The notes under the pieces are model-generated. The model saw only the letters and a program-made list of their open reading frames with translations, made no database searches and was not told the origin of the DNA. From Hyphomicrobiales bacterium (GTDB lineage Bacteria > Pseudomonadota > Alphaproteobacteria > Rhizobiales > JAJFHC01), in the NCBI GenBank assembly GCA_965275905.1, contig CBDHYJ010000081.1:88392-152391 (forward strand): a stretch of DNA of 64,000 bases, written 5' to 3'. Below, piece after piece: positions 47,089 to 58,157 of the stretch. The stretch's first letter is position 1; every line of letters begins with the position of its first letter. The position numbers and the translations under genes are program-made.

Positions 47089-48429
47089 ATGACGCCGGAC
47101 ATGTACGAAAAGCGGCTGGCGCGGGAGAAAAAAGCCCGCGCGGCAGCCGAGGCGCTGCTTGAGTCGAAGAGTGCGGAACTCTTCGATGCCAACGAGCAGC
47201 TCAAAAAGACTGCATCCGAACTCGAATTGCAGAGCTCCCAACTGAGCGCAATCTTCGACAACGCGCTGGCCGGAATCTGCGTTGCGAATTCCGACCGCAT
47301 GATCGTGAATGCGAACGCTTACGCTCACCGTGTGCTGGGTTACGAAGAAGGGGCGCTGAAGGGCAAACAGCTCACCGAGGTTTTCTGCCCGGACTACGTA
47401 GCGGCTACCGGCGCCGTGGGGCTCAATGCCGTGGACCTGTCGAAACGGTCTGGCGAGGAGACAACGGGCATAACAAGGGCCAACGCGTCTGTACCCCTGG
47501 AGATGTCGCCCTCCGAGCTGTTTCTCGGCGAGCAACGCTTCACGCTCTGGATCTTTCAGGACATTACGCAGCGCAAGGCTGATGAGGAGGCGCACAGACA
47601 GCTGGAAAAAGAACTGCTGCAGGCGCAGAAGCTCGAATCGCTTGGCACGCTCGCCAGTGGAATAGCGCACGAGATCAACACGCCCGTACAGTTCATAGGA
47701 GACAATCTGCATTTCCTCGCCGATGCGCTTCGCGAACTGCTTGACCTCTGCAAGCACGAGCCCGAAGAACGCCGGCCTGCTGCGATCAAAGGCAGCCGGA
47801 ATTCAAGCGATGGAGCATCGGATCTGAATTATTTCGAGACCGAGGTTCCCGATGCGATTTCCCAGAGCATCGAGGGGATCGACCGCATTTCCGAAATTGT
47901 CTCCGCAGTACGGGAATTCTCCCATCCCGGCACCAGGGAGAAGACTGAAGTCGAATTGCAGAGGGCCATTGAATCCACAATTACGATCGCCCGGAACCAG
48001 TGGAAATACATTGCCGAACTGGATACCGAATTCGATCCCGAGGCAAAGACCGCATATTGCGTTCCCGGCGAATTCAATCAGGTCATTGTCAACCTGATCG
48101 TCAACGCCGCCGAAGCCATCGGAGACGTCGAGAACGGCGGACAGGGACACATCAAGGTCTCGACCGCCGCCGTCGAAGATGGTGTCGAGATCAGGGTCGC
48201 CGACAACGGCTGCGGAATTCCGGCAGAAGTGCAGCCCAACATTTTCGATCCGTTCTTCACCACCAAAGACGTCGGCAAGGGTACGGGTCAGGGCCTGTCG
48301 CTTGTTCATTCGATCGTTGTCCAGAAACACGGCGGCAGGATCCGCTTCGAGACCGCCCCGGAAACGGGAACGACGTTCATCGTGTTCCTGCCGCATGGGG
48401 CGGAGGACATTACGCAACACGTCGCCTGA
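47089..48429 (+). CDS. Soluble PAS-domain histidine kinase
   Basis: Coiled coil, [35 protein letters not shown]. Confidence 0.95.
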   Translation: MTPDMYEKRLAREKKARAAAEALLESKSAELFDANEQLKKTASELELQSSQLSAIFDNALAGICVANSDRMIVNANAYAHRVLGYEEGALKGKQLTEVFCPDYVAATGAVGLNAVDLSKRSGEETTGITRANASVPLEMSPSELFLGEQRFTLWIFQDITQRKADEEAHRQLEKELLQAQKLESLGTLASGIAHEINTPVQFIGDNLHFLADALRELLDLCKHEPEERRPAAIKGSRNSSDGASDLNYFETEVPDAISQSIEGIDRISEIVSAVREFSHPGTREKTEVELQRAIESTITIARNQWKYIAELDTEFDPEAKTAYCVPGEFNQVIVNLIVNAAEAIGDVENGGQGHIKVSTAAVEDGVEIRVADNGCGIPAEVQPNIFDPFFTTKDVGKGTGQGLSLVHSIVVQKHGGRIRFETAPETGTTFIVFLPHGAEDITQHVA

Positions 48430-48438
48430 GGAAGTGTC

Positions 48439-49626
48439 ATGAACAAAAAAGTGCTGTTTGTTGACGACGACACCCGGATCCTGAGCGCGTTCCAGCGCCG
48501 GTTACGCCGGAACTTCGATTTCCAGATCGCGTCCAGCGCACAGGACGCCCTTGAGATACTCTCAAAGGACGGTCCGTTCGCCGTTGTGATCAGTGACCAG
48601 CAGATGCCAGGCATGAAGGGCATCGAATTCCTCAAGGAGGTGATGACGCGCGACCCGATGACCGTGCGGATCATGCTGACCGGCAATGCCGATCGGGAGA
48701 CGGCCGTCGCCTCGGTCAACGACAGCGCCGTCTACCGCTATCTGAACAAGCCCTGTCCGATTGAAGTGATCGCCGAAACGATCGACGAAGCCATCAGGGA
48801 GTATGGCACGGCGGCGGCGGAGAAGAAGCTGCTTGAGGAAACCCTGGCGGGAAGCGTGAAGGTCCTTGTCGACGTCCTGGCTGCGAATGAGCCCGAGGCA
48901 TTCAACGCGGTTGCGAACCTGCGCAAGAACGGGCAGCGCTTTGCAAGATTCCTGAAACTGAGGAAGACGTGGACACTGGACATGGCGATCATGCTGTCGC
49001 CCATCGGCCAGGTCATGCTGCCACCCCAGTTGAGAGCAAAGCTGGCGCTGGGAAAGCCGCTGAACGACGTCGAACAGGACCTTGCCCGCAGAGCGCCGGA
49101 AGTTGCCCGCAATCTCCTGCTCAACATCCCCCGCTTGAAGGACGTTGCCGACAGCATCTACTACATGGATAAGGGATATGACGGATCGGGTTTTCCGGAT
49201 GACAGGGTCGCGGGCGACGAGATCCCGTTGAATGCGCGCATTCTCTGCCTGCTCAAACACCTGACCGGCGCCGAGCACCAGGGGCTGCCGGATGCCGACG
49301 CTTTCGAAGCGCTCGATGCAAAAGCTCATCTGTTCGACCGTGATCTCCTTGCGCAAATGCGCACCTGCTTCCTGAACCCGGCAGCGAGCGAAGAAACGCA
49401 GATTGTCAAAAGATCTTTGAAAATCGCGGAACTGCTGCCCGGGGACAAAGCCGTCAATGACGTGAAGACGCAATCCGGCGAACTCGTGCTTGCCCGTGGC
49501 AATGAGTTCTCCGACGCGGTGATTGAGCGGATCAGACAGTTTCACAAGATGCGGCCTCTGGCCGAGCCCGTCGAGATAACGCGGGAAATCACAGTCCCCG
49601 TTGACGGCGACAAGGATGCGGCCTAG
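48439..49626 (+). CDS. Response regulator with degenerate HD-GYP domain
   Basis: REC (FVDDD, SDQQMP); LSPIGQ in place of LHDIGK; YDGSGFP. Confidence 0.88.
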   Translation: MNKKVLFVDDDTRILSAFQRRLRRNFDFQIASSAQDALEILSKDGPFAVVISDQQMPGMKGIEFLKEVMTRDPMTVRIMLTGNADRETAVASVNDSAVYRYLNKPCPIEVIAETIDEAIREYGTAAAEKKLLEETLAGSVKVLVDVLAANEPEAFNAVANLRKNGQRFARFLKLRKTWTLDMAIMLSPIGQVMLPPQLRAKLALGKPLNDVEQDLARRAPEVARNLLLNIPRLKDVADSIYYMDKGYDGSGFPDDRVAGDEIPLNARILCLLKHLTGAEHQGLPDADAFEALDAKAHLFDRDLLAQMRTCFLNPAASEETQIVKRSLKIAELLPGDKAVNDVKTQSGELVLARGNEFSDAVIERIRQFHKMRPLAEPVEITREITVPVDGDKDAA

Positions 49627-49665
49627 CGGTCGGATCCGGACCGGACAGGTTGGTCGGATTTGAAC

Positions 49666-50724
49666 ATGAACCCCGGCGGTGCAGCACATATTCTCTATGT
49701 CGACGACGACGCGAATTGCCTGCGCGGCTTCGAACGGACCTTGCGGAAGTCGAGGCCCGAGTACGAACTGACGCTGTCCGATGATCCGGCCGAAGCACTG
49801 CAGCGATTCAACGACCAGGACTTCGACCTGCTCGTAACTGACATACAAATGCCGGGCATGACGGGCATTGACCTGCTCCGTGAGACCCGCCAATCCAAGC
49901 CCCATATCCCGAGCATGATCCTGAGCGGCATCGCGGACTTTCCCATGGCGCTGACGGCCATCAACGAGCTTCAGGTTTTCCGGCTGCTCACGAAACCGTG
50001 CCCCCTGCATTGCCTGGTGGATGCGATCGACGAGGTCCTCGACAGACCGGATCGCCATTCCCCTTCACGTGGCGGCAAGGCGAAAATCGTGAACGAGCTC
50101 AGGCTCGATCTTGCGTTCGACCTCGTAACCATCGGATTGATAGTCATCGATGCGGATGGGGTGGTTCATCATTCAAACCTCAGCGCCAACGCCCTGATCG
50201 ACGGCAATGACGGACTTCTGGTTACACCGTCCGGTCTCTTGAAGTCGTCGGTTCCCGCCGACTCCGAAGCGCTGATGCGCTGTGTCGCGCGGGCTCTGAA
50301 CGATGAGTTGGATGATGCCGTAGGACCGAACGTGGTCCGGCTGTCGCGGCCCTCAATGAAGCGGAATCTCTCGGTCTTCGCTGCTGCGGTACCGACCGCC
50401 GGCTCCGGACAATCCGGGAGTCAACTGGCCGCATTGTTCGTCCTGGATCCGGAACAGCATGCAACGCCATCGCCGGACGTCGTTGCCGATATGTTCGGGC
50501 TTACCCTCAGCGAGGCTACGATCGCATGGCATTTGATGTTGGGCGAAACGATTCAGACCGCCGCTGACCGCTCTGGCGTGACGGTGAACACCGCAAGGAC
50601 CTATCTGAAGCGTGTTTTCAGCAAAACGGACACGACAAAGCAGTCGGAACTGGTGAGCCTGATCCTGCGCTCCACTTTTGGCATGGCCGCGAATACCTCG
50701 CCTGACCTCAGGGATGCCGAATAG
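49666..50724 (+). CDS. Response regulator with PAS-like and LuxR-type HTH domains
   Basis: REC (YVDDD, TDIQMP); FGLTLSE...VNTARTYLKRVFSKT. Confidence 0.88.
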   Translation: MNPGGAAHILYVDDDANCLRGFERTLRKSRPEYELTLSDDPAEALQRFNDQDFDLLVTDIQMPGMTGIDLLRETRQSKPHIPSMILSGIADFPMALTAINELQVFRLLTKPCPLHCLVDAIDEVLDRPDRHSPSRGGKAKIVNELRLDLAFDLVTIGLIVIDADGVVHHSNLSANALIDGNDGLLVTPSGLLKSSVPADSEALMRCVARALNDELDDAVGPNVVRLSRPSMKRNLSVFAAAVPTAGSGQSGSQLAALFVLDPEQHATPSPDVVADMFGLTLSEATIAWHLMLGETIQTAADRSGVTVNTARTYLKRVFSKTDTTKQSELVSLILRSTFGMAANTSPDLRDAE

Positions 50725-50755
50725 GCACCGTCGTCTGGCGGATGCTTCCCAGGCC

Positions 50756-51967
50756 CTATGCGTCGGTTAAATGGGCATCCCCGGTCATGCCGGTTCCGGG
50801 CGCCGCCAGCGGAATAATCAGCTCGACGTCGGCATTGCGGCCGGCCGAACGGTTTTCCTCCACCTGGAGTTCGCCGCCATGGAGCCTTGCGACTTCACGT
50901 GCATAGGAAAGTGCCAGGCCAAGTTCACCCAGCCGGCTCCGAGAGCGATGTAGGCTTCGGTTGATCTCGACAACTTTCGGATCGTTGTAGGCTATCGCTT
51001 CCCCCGCGGTCTCGTTGCTCAGGCAGATATGCAGTGCGGTCTCCGAGGCGCGCAGTTCAAGCCGCAGACTGTCGCCCTTTCTGGAAAACAGCAGCGCATT
51101 CGACACCAAAGTCGTGACCGCGCCCAGAAGCAGCGATTTGTCTCCGACAATCGTTTCCGGACCGGTGTCCGAAATGAAGGAGAACTGCACGCCGCTTCGG
51201 GGAGCGGTCACGGCCAGGTGCTGTCGACAATGGTCCAGGAGACCCGCGACGGAAATGCGATGCATTGAATTGGGCTCGGGCAAGGAGCAGAGCTTGAAGT
51301 AATCCGTGATCCGGTCGGCCGCGTCGTCGATCTTCGAACATCCGCGCTTTATGTTGATCACGAGGTCGCCCATTTGGTCGGCCGCGAGGCCGCCGGACAC
51401 AAGTTGATCGGCGCTCTCAAGGATATGCTGCAGAGGCGAACGCATTTCGTGAAAGACCGCATGCTTGAATGTGGATAGCGTCTGCTGCATCGAGGACGCA
51501 ACGATCTCGTTGCGGCCCGATGCCAGCCTGTCGTCGTAGTTGCGCAATGCCATCATTATGGCGTCCACAAGATCGGGAGCCCGGCAGGGTTTCATCAGGT
51601 AACGCGCCACCTCGACCTCGTTTATGGCTTCAATGGCACTCTCGCAACTCGGGCTTCCGGTGAGTATGACCAGCGATGCATTCGGGTGCAGTGCCTTGGC
51701 CTCCTTCAGGAACGTGAGGCCATCCATTTGCGGCATCTGCAGGTCACTGACGATAACCGCAACGTTCCGCGCCGTAACGAGGTGGTTCAACGCCGCGAGG
51801 GGACAATCGATCGCTTTGATATCGGTATGATGCCGCAGTGTTCGCTTCACACCCAGAAGGGCCGACAGTTCATCGTCAACAAACAGCACTTCCGGCGCAT
51901 CGACAGCCATGTCGCGCAGATCGCCTTCCCTGGCCGTCGCCGGCATACCGAAAATATTATCGTTCAT
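50756..51967 (-). CDS. REC domain fused to histidine-kinase-like domain with degenerate ATPase boxes
   Basis: FVDDE, SDLQMP, FHEMRSPL, LVSNA, LHGG; DxGxG box absent; start uncertain. Confidence 0.8.
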   Translation of the reverse strand: MNDNIFGMPATAREGDLRDMAVDAPEVLFVDDELSALLGVKRTLRHHTDIKAIDCPLAALNHLVTARNVAVIVSDLQMPQMDGLTFLKEAKALHPNASLVILTGSPSCESAIEAINEVEVARYLMKPCRAPDLVDAIMMALRNYDDRLASGRNEIVASSMQQTLSTFKHAVFHEMRSPLQHILESADQLVSGGLAADQMGDLVINIKRGCSKIDDAADRITDYFKLCSLPEPNSMHRISVAGLLDHCRQHLAVTAPRSGVQFSFISDTGPETIVGDKSLLLGAVTTLVSNALLFSRKGDSLRLELRASETALHICLSNETAGEAIAYNDPKVVEINRSLHRSRSRLGELGLALSYAREVARLHGGELQVEENRSAGRNADVELIIPLAAPGTGMTGDAHLTDA

Positions 51968-52322
51968 TTCCCTCATGGATCGCCTCATCCGTCTCTTTGT
52001 TGGTTCGGATTGTCGGACAAAAACCCGGTTTTCACAGTCCCCATTTGGTGACTGCGACCGTTTTGACACCATTTACCGGTCACAACGGCACGAACGGGAC
52101 AGCATTGCCGGTGAAGGGCCGCGCCGGGCGACAGACCTCGGAAAACAGTCGATTTTCGCGGAATAAGGGCGGTCGAACGTTGTCAAAAATGACGATGACA
52201 CCAATATATGACGCCGGAACAAGCCCGGCCTGGTGCAAAGTCTGAACCGAACCGGGCAGATACGCGTAAACCATATGTATCCGCCAGCGTGCGTGGCCCG
52301 CTTGCGGCACTGCAGACAGGGA

Positions 52323-52359
52323 TGTATACCCTCGGACAGACAATTGAATAATTGCCGCA
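52323..52359 (-). promoter_or_regulatory. 37-bp motif copy B (promoter-like)
   Basis: Plus strand TGTATACCC-N13-TGAATAATTGCCGCA; minus strand TTATTC-N17-TATACA. Confidence 0.5.
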
Positions 52360-52498
52360 GGATTTGGGATAAGTCCCATCGCCTCGAAGCGCACATTCCG
52401 GCTTCCCTTGAATCGGGACCGTGCTCCGGCGTAAGCCGGTTAAGACGCGAGGACCACCTCTATGACAGGCGGCACGCCTTTGCCAAGGAGTGCGCAAC

Positions 52499-53119
52499 AT
52501 GGATGCGTTTTTGAAGAAGATTGCGAACGACGACCTGCCCGCCGTGACCCGTCCGAGCCGGGAAGAAGCTGAAGAAGCCGTGCGGACGCTGATCGCATGG
52601 ACCGGCGACAACCCGGCACGGGAAGGCCTGATCGACACGCCGCGCCGGGTCGTGAAAGCCTACGAGGAATTCTTCGCCGGATACAACGATGACCCGGACA
52701 CGGTCCTGTCCCGCACGTTCGAGGAAGTCGGCGGCTATGACGACATCGTCATGCTGCGCGACATCGATTTCAATTCGCACTGCGAACATCACATGGTGCC
52801 GTTCATCGGCAAGATCCACATTGCCTACCTGCCCACCGACAGGGTCGTGGGCATTTCCAAACTCGCACGGGTCGCGGAGATCTATGGCCGCCGCCTGCAG
52901 ACGCAGGAAACGATGACGGCGCAGGTCGCCAAGAGTGTCGATGAAGCGCTGTCGCCGCGCGGCGTCGCCGTCCTGATCGACGCCGTCCACCAGTGCATGT
53001 CGATGCGCGGTATCGGCAAGCGAAACGTTTCGACGATCACGACGCAGTTCATCGGCGAATTCAAGACCGACCCGGCGCTCCAGGCCCGGTTCATGCACCT
53101 CTGCCGCGCCGACAGCTAG
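52499..53119 (+). CDS. folE: GTP cyclohydrolase I
   Basis: [32 protein letters not shown]. Confidence 0.97.
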   Translation: MDAFLKKIANDDLPAVTRPSREEAEEAVRTLIAWTGDNPAREGLIDTPRRVVKAYEEFFAGYNDDPDTVLSRTFEEVGGYDDIVMLRDIDFNSHCEHHMVPFIGKIHIAYLPTDRVVGISKLARVAEIYGRRLQTQETMTAQVAKSVDEALSPRGVAVLIDAVHQCMSMRGIGKRNVSTITTQFIGEFKTDPALQARFMHLCRADS

Positions 53120-53149
53120 ACCGCGCAATCGTCAATCGGGAGAGCATTC

Positions 53150-53638
53150 ATGTCACAGGATCAGGATACGTCGTTCGCTACCCGCGTTAGCGTTGAGCAG
53201 GTCGAGGAAGGCCACGTTCTGGCCCCCAAGTTCGACGACGAAGGACTCCTGCCGGTCGTCACCACAGATGCCGGCAGCGGTGATGTGCTGATGCTCGGAT
53301 ACATGAACGCCGAAGCGCTCAAGAGGACGATCGAGACCGGGGAAGCCCACTACTGGAGCCGGTCACGAAAGGTGCTCTGGCACAAGGGCGCTTCGAGCGG
53401 ACTTGTTCAGAAGGTCGTCGACATGCGTATCGACGACGATCAGGACGCGGTCTGGCTCAAGGTCGATGTGGCCGGATCCGGGGCAAGCTGCCATGTCGGG
53501 TACATGTCGTGCTTTTACCGTTCGATACCGACGGGAGAGGCCCCCTCTCCCGATCTGCGGCTGGAATATCGCGAGACCGAAAAGACCTTCGATCCGATGG
53601 AAGTCTATGGCGACGTTCCCAATCCGACGCAACTCTGA
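53150..53638 (+). CDS. hisI: Phosphoribosyl-AMP cyclohydrolase
   Basis: YWSRSR..LWHKG, IDDDQD, SCHVGYMSCFY. Confidence 0.96.
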   Translation: MSQDQDTSFATRVSVEQVEEGHVLAPKFDDEGLLPVVTTDAGSGDVLMLGYMNAEALKRTIETGEAHYWSRSRKVLWHKGASSGLVQKVVDMRIDDDQDAVWLKVDVAGSGASCHVGYMSCFYRSIPTGEAPSPDLRLEYRETEKTFDPMEVYGDVPNPTQL

Positions 53639-53696
53639 ATTCCCGCGGGCAATTCATTAAAATTTAGCGCGTATCCGGTTATGATCCTCCGCAAAG

Positions 53697-54674
53697 GTGG
53701 AGTGCATGTTCTGGAAACCGGCTAGCGTAAAGAGTGTTTCCGACCGATCCGATTCCGGCGGCGGCGAACCGGAGTATTTCCCGTCAGGACCACGGCTGGG
53801 TATTGCTCTGGGCAGCGGTGCCGCGCGCGGTTGGGCGCATATCGGGGTGATCGAGCGGCTGCTCGAAGAGGGCATCGTCCCGGACGTGGTCGCGGGCGCC
53901 TCGATCGGCGCGCTCGTGGGCGGCTGCCACGCCGCCGGCAAGCTGGACAAGCTCAAGGAATTCGCCCTCAGCCTGACCCGGCGGCGCGTGTTCGGCCTGC
54001 TGGACATTACCTGGCGCGGCAGCGGCCTCATAAGCGGCAACAAGCTGACGGAACTGCTGGACGACCAGTTGGGGGACCTTCAGGTCGAGAACCTTGAGCG
54101 GCCGTTCATCTGCATCGCAACCGAATTGGCGACGGGTCACGAACTGTGGTTGAAGCGCGGCCGCCTGGTCGACGCGATGCGGGCCTCTTACGCTCTGCCC
54201 GGCGTGTTCCAGCCGGTCTACTTCCAGCATCACTGGCTCATCGACGGCGCGGTCGTCAATCCGATCCCGGTCTCCGCCTGCCGCGCGCTCGGCGCACGTG
54301 TCGTCCTCGCCGTGAACCTGAATACCGATGCCTTCGGTGCGGGGACGGTTATTCAATCGCCGGCCATAGACCCCATGATCCTCAAGCACCGGGTTCGGAA
54401 ACCCGACGCCGCACGGGACGCCGGAGCCGATCTGCCGGGAATTACGGAAGTGCTCGTCGCCGCATTCAATATCTCGCAGGACCGTCTGTCGCGATCCAGG
54501 CTGGCCGGAGACCCGCCCGACATCGTCATATCTCCGCGCGCAAACGGCGTCGGGCTGTTCGATTTCGATCAGGCGCAGATGAGCATCGACATGGGGCGCG
54601 AAGCGGTTGAGAGCGCCCTGCCGAGCATCAAGAACCTGATGCGTGCCTTCGAACTGGCCGATACCGAGGAATAG
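53697..54674 (+). CDS. Patatin-like phospholipase (RssA-like)
   Basis: GSGAARG, GASIG, DGA motifs; start uncertain. Confidence 0.93.
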   Translation: MECMFWKPASVKSVSDRSDSGGGEPEYFPSGPRLGIALGSGAARGWAHIGVIERLLEEGIVPDVVAGASIGALVGGCHAAGKLDKLKEFALSLTRRRVFGLLDITWRGSGLISGNKLTELLDDQLGDLQVENLERPFICIATELATGHELWLKRGRLVDAMRASYALPGVFQPVYFQHHWLIDGAVVNPIPVSACRALGARVVLAVNLNTDAFGAGTVIQSPAIDPMILKHRVRKPDAARDAGADLPGITEVLVAAFNISQDRLSRSRLAGDPPDIVISPRANGVGLFDFDQAQMSIDMGREAVESALPSIKNLMRAFELADTEE

Positions 54675-54694
54675 GCGGAGCACGCCCTTCGCGG

Positions 54695-55126
54695 TCAGCC
54701 GGTGGCGATATACGCCCGCATGGCCTCGGCTTCCTGTTCGGCTTCCGAGATCCTCTGCTTGACCACGTCACCGATCGAAATGATGCCCACCAGTTTGCCA
54801 TCGGCAACGACGGGCAGATGCCGGAAGCGGCCCGCCGTCATGCGCTCCATCAGCGCGGCGACACTCTCGCTCTCACCACAGGTCACGACATCGCGGGTCA
54901 TGAATTCACGCGCGTGTTGCGACAGGGCGGCGTCGCCTTGCGCCGACAGCGCCCTGACAATGTCGCGTTCCGAAATAATCCCGCACAGGCCGCCCGTGTC
55001 ATCCACGACCACGATCGCGCCGACCTTGTGCTCGGCAAGAAAGTGAACGATTTCCATCAGGCTTGCTTCGGCCTTGGCCGTGGCAACGTCCCTTCCCTTC
55101 ATATTGAGAATGGTGGCTACATTCAT
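54695..55126 (-). CDS. CBS domain protein
   Basis: GIISERD, RHLPV, ISIGDVVK. Confidence 0.93.
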   Translation of the reverse strand: MNVATILNMKGRDVATAKAEASLMEIVHFLAEHKVGAIVVVDDTGGLCGIISERDIVRALSAQGDAALSQHAREFMTRDVVTCGESESVAALMERMTAGRFRHLPVVADGKLVGIISIGDVVKQRISEAEQEAEAMRAYIATG

Positions 55127-55446
55127 TGCATCCTCCAAAGTGCATCTGTTTCAGGCGGAACGTGTTCGCGCGGGGCTCATTTCATGAGCCCGGGGGAAAC
55201 CGATCGTGACGCCGTCCCATCGCCCGCAGGCGGAATACGGCCGTTCCACCGTTCCACGATGCGGAAATGATGCGACACCCTCCCGGTTCTGACAAGTATT
55301 CAGATTATGGAATGGTGAACCGCCGTACCCCTCCCTGAATTTGCCCGACCGTTTGACAGGCCAAAAGCAAGTGGCCCGGCGAGTGCGCGACGGATAAAAT
55401 TGTGCTGGGGCGCCTGCTGATTCCCGAATGGAGAACACCTCAGGTT

Positions 55447-56790
55447 ATGCTGGACAGTGCCTACAAGCGCAGGGTGGGACGTGATCTTCCCTCATGGGTC
55501 GAGAACGGATGGGTTGACGCGGAAAAAGCTGACACGCTGCTGGCCTCTATCAAGGTCAGGAGCCTGCAGAGCCGGCTGCCCGGCATCATCGGAATGCTTG
55601 GCGCCATCCTCCTCGCTTTTGCCGCAATGACGTTCGTGGCTGCGAACTGGCACGACATTCCGAAGCTCGGCCGGGTGGGAATCCTGATTGCCGCACTGTG
55701 GGCAAGTTACGCGGCGGCGGCATGGCTCAAGGCCAGAGGCTGGTCTGCGTTCTTCGAAGCCGCCGTCGCGCTCGGCTGTGGCATTTTCGGCGCGAACATC
55801 ATGCTGATCGCCCAGATGTACCACATCGACCGGCACTACCCGGACGGCGTGATGGTCTGGGGCGCCGGTACGCTTATTGCCGCCGTGCTCAGCCGGTCTA
55901 CTGCCGCCGCCATATTCGGGTTTGGCCTGCTGGCGCTGTGGACCGGTCAGGAGACACTGGAATTCGACGTCATCGGCCACTGGAAGTTTTTGTGGCTCTG
56001 GACCCCCGCGGCGATCATCGTGTTTTTCTTCCGCTGGACCGGCGCGGTGAATGCGGCGGGCATAGCCCTGTTCTTCTGGATAGCCGTGACGGTCTTCAGT
56101 CTCGCGGATGAATACAATTGGCCCGATCCGGCGCTGTTGGCGATCCTGGCACTCATGTCCGTGGCGTTTTTCATGGCAGCCGTGCGGAGCGAACAATACA
56201 GCGAACAATCGGGAAGAATCCCGTCATTCGGACTCAGCTCCCAGTGTCTGCTCGTGTTCATGGGTCTTGTCTTTCTGCTGCAGATCGTGATCGTCGACGA
56301 CGCACACGGCGACACCCGGCTTGCGATGATCACCGGCGGTCTGGAGGACAATCCCTGGATCGCACTTCTGATCGGCGCGGCACTCGCCGCAGCGGCTTGC
56401 GTGGTATTCCTGATTTCGCGCGGCGGCATTGGTCGCATCGATGCCCTGATCCTGCTGGCCGCGATTGCAGCGATAGCTGTCTCCCCCCTGATCACGGCGC
56501 TGAAACTCAGCTTTATCATTGCCTTCGCCGTCGGCATCATTGCGCTCTCCATCTGGCTGATCAATCTGGGCCAGCGCCGTCACCACAATGCAGCCATCAA
56601 CATCGGCTTTCTGTCATTCGCGGCGGAGACGCTCTACGTCTATTTCGAAACGCTCGGAACCTTGCTCGACACCGCCCTGTTCTTCCTCGTCGGCGGGGCT
56701 GGTCTTGTCGTCCTTGCGTTCGGTCTCGAACGGATACGCCGCAAACTTATAGGCACGCCACCTGCGACAAGCGCGGAGGCTCAGGCATGA
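55447..56790 (+). CDS. DUF2157 membrane protein
   Basis: FVAANW, LIAQMYHI; many TM segments. Confidence 0.9.
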   Translation: MLDSAYKRRVGRDLPSWVENGWVDAEKADTLLASIKVRSLQSRLPGIIGMLGAILLAFAAMTFVAANWHDIPKLGRVGILIAALWASYAAAAWLKARGWSAFFEAAVALGCGIFGANIMLIAQMYHIDRHYPDGVMVWGAGTLIAAVLSRSTAAAIFGFGLLALWTGQETLEFDVIGHWKFLWLWTPAAIIVFFFRWTGAVNAAGIALFFWIAVTVFSLADEYNWPDPALLAILALMSVAFFMAAVRSEQYSEQSGRIPSFGLSSQCLLVFMGLVFLLQIVIVDDAHGDTRLAMITGGLEDNPWIALLIGAALAAAACVVFLISRGGIGRIDALILLAAIAAIAVSPLITALKLSFIIAFAVGIIALSIWLINLGQRRHHNAAINIGFLSFAAETLYVYFETLGTLLDTALFFLVGGAGLVVLAFGLERIRRKLIGTPPATSAEAQA

Positions 56791-57389
56791 GCACGAAGGC
56801 TTCACGAGCGACATTGGCCATTCTTCTTGTGGCACTGATCCAGTCGGCGGTGCTCGGCTGGATGGTCTGGGAGCGTATCTCGCTCCTGCAAGACGGGCGC
56901 GCAATCGTGCTCGATGTTGAGCCGGTCGACCCGCGGGACCTGTTCCGCGGCGACTACGTCATCCTCGCCTATCCCATTTCCACGCTCGAAGCGGACGAGC
57001 TTGAGGGTGACGACACATTCGACAGGCATGACCACATTTACGTGGCGCTCACACCCGGTCCGGACGGGACCTGGCTGCCGCGATCAATTCACAGGGCAAA
57101 GCCGAAGGACTCGTCGGACGACGCGGTCTTCCTGCGCGGGACCGTGACGAGGATCTACAACAAGCCCAAGACCAAGGCCGGCGAAACCTGCGTTCAGGAC
57201 TGCCCCACTCTCACCGTCAAATACGGGATCGAAAGTTACTTCGTGCCGGAAGGCGAAGGCCGGCGGCTCGAAAACCTGCGCAATGACAGACGCATGCAGG
57301 TCGCCGCACGCGTCGCCGACTCCGGCGAAGCGGCCATAGCCGGCCTCGCTATTGACGGAAAGGTCCAGTACGAGGACCCGCTGTTCTAG
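56787..57389 (+). CDS. GDYXXLXY domain protein
   Basis: PVDPRDLFRGDYVILAY, YGIESYFVPEG; ATGA overlap. Confidence 0.93.
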   Translation: MSTKASRATLAILLVALIQSAVLGWMVWERISLLQDGRAIVLDVEPVDPRDLFRGDYVILAYPISTLEADELEGDDTFDRHDHIYVALTPGPDGTWLPRSIHRAKPKDSSDDAVFLRGTVTRIYNKPKTKAGETCVQDCPTLTVKYGIESYFVPEGEGRRLENLRNDRRMQVAARVADSGEAAIAGLAIDGKVQYEDPLF

Positions 57390-57401
57390 AGCGGGATGGG
57401 G

Positions 57402-58157
57402 TCAGGACAAATAGGGGCCATTATTGCTGCGAAGCCGCGGTCCCCAAATGCGATCGAAAATGCCGAACAGCAGGAGCCCCGCAACGAAACCTCCGACATG
57501 CGCCTCCCACGCCACGCCGGCGCTTCGCTCGCTCAGGTCGATCGCCCCGGTTCCGGAGAGGTAATTCATCCCTGCCCAGACGGCCAGAATGATCAGTGCA
57601 TTCTGGTCGCGCAGCACATTCGCCAGGGGTGCAGGACCGCGCTCTATTGGCGTTGTCCGAAAGATCGGTCCGCCCTGCTCGTGACCGTACAGCAGCCTTA
57701 TGGCGGCGGCGAACTGACCGGACACGGCAGCCGACGCTCCGACCATGATGATCATTTCGCCCCAGTTGACGGCAAGCTGCGTAACCGCTCCGGCCAGAAC
57801 GCAGACAAAGCTGAAGATCAGGAATCCGGTCGGAGAAAGCCGCCGGGCCACCGCGCTGCCGAACGCCAGCATGAAAATGCCGTTCAGCAGTAGATGCATC
57901 AAGTCGCCGTGAATGAGGGCATGGCTGAAGAAAGTCCAGATCTCGGCGGGGAAGCCGCCGGGAAAGGCGCCGAGAGACGGATCTGCGGCGGCATAGCGCG
58001 CCGGTATAAACGCGAAGACAAGCAGGAATTCGAGATCTTCGTTTCCCGAAAGCAGTTGTCTGTAGACGTGCACGCAGACCAGAACGGCCAGCGAACCGAT
58101 GATAACGGCCGGCGCGTTGATTGCCGGAGGTTCCTTGTAACCGTGAGTGTTCAGCAA
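57402..58157 (-). CDS. Rhomboid family intramembrane serine protease
   Basis: HLLLN, GASAA, WEAHVGG; AAGGAG before TTG start. Confidence 0.92.
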   Translation of the reverse strand: MLNTHGYKEPPAINAPAVIIGSLAVLVCVHVYRQLLSGNEDLEFLLVFAFIPARYAAADPSLGAFPGGFPAEIWTFFSHALIHGDLMHLLLNGIFMLAFGSAVARRLSPTGFLIFSFVCVLAGAVTQLAVNWGEMIIMVGASAAVSGQFAAAIRLLYGHEQGGPIFRTTPIERGPAPLANVLRDQNALIILAVWAGMNYLSGTGAIDLSERSAGVAWEAHVGGFVAGLLLFGIFDRIWGPRLRSNNGPYLS

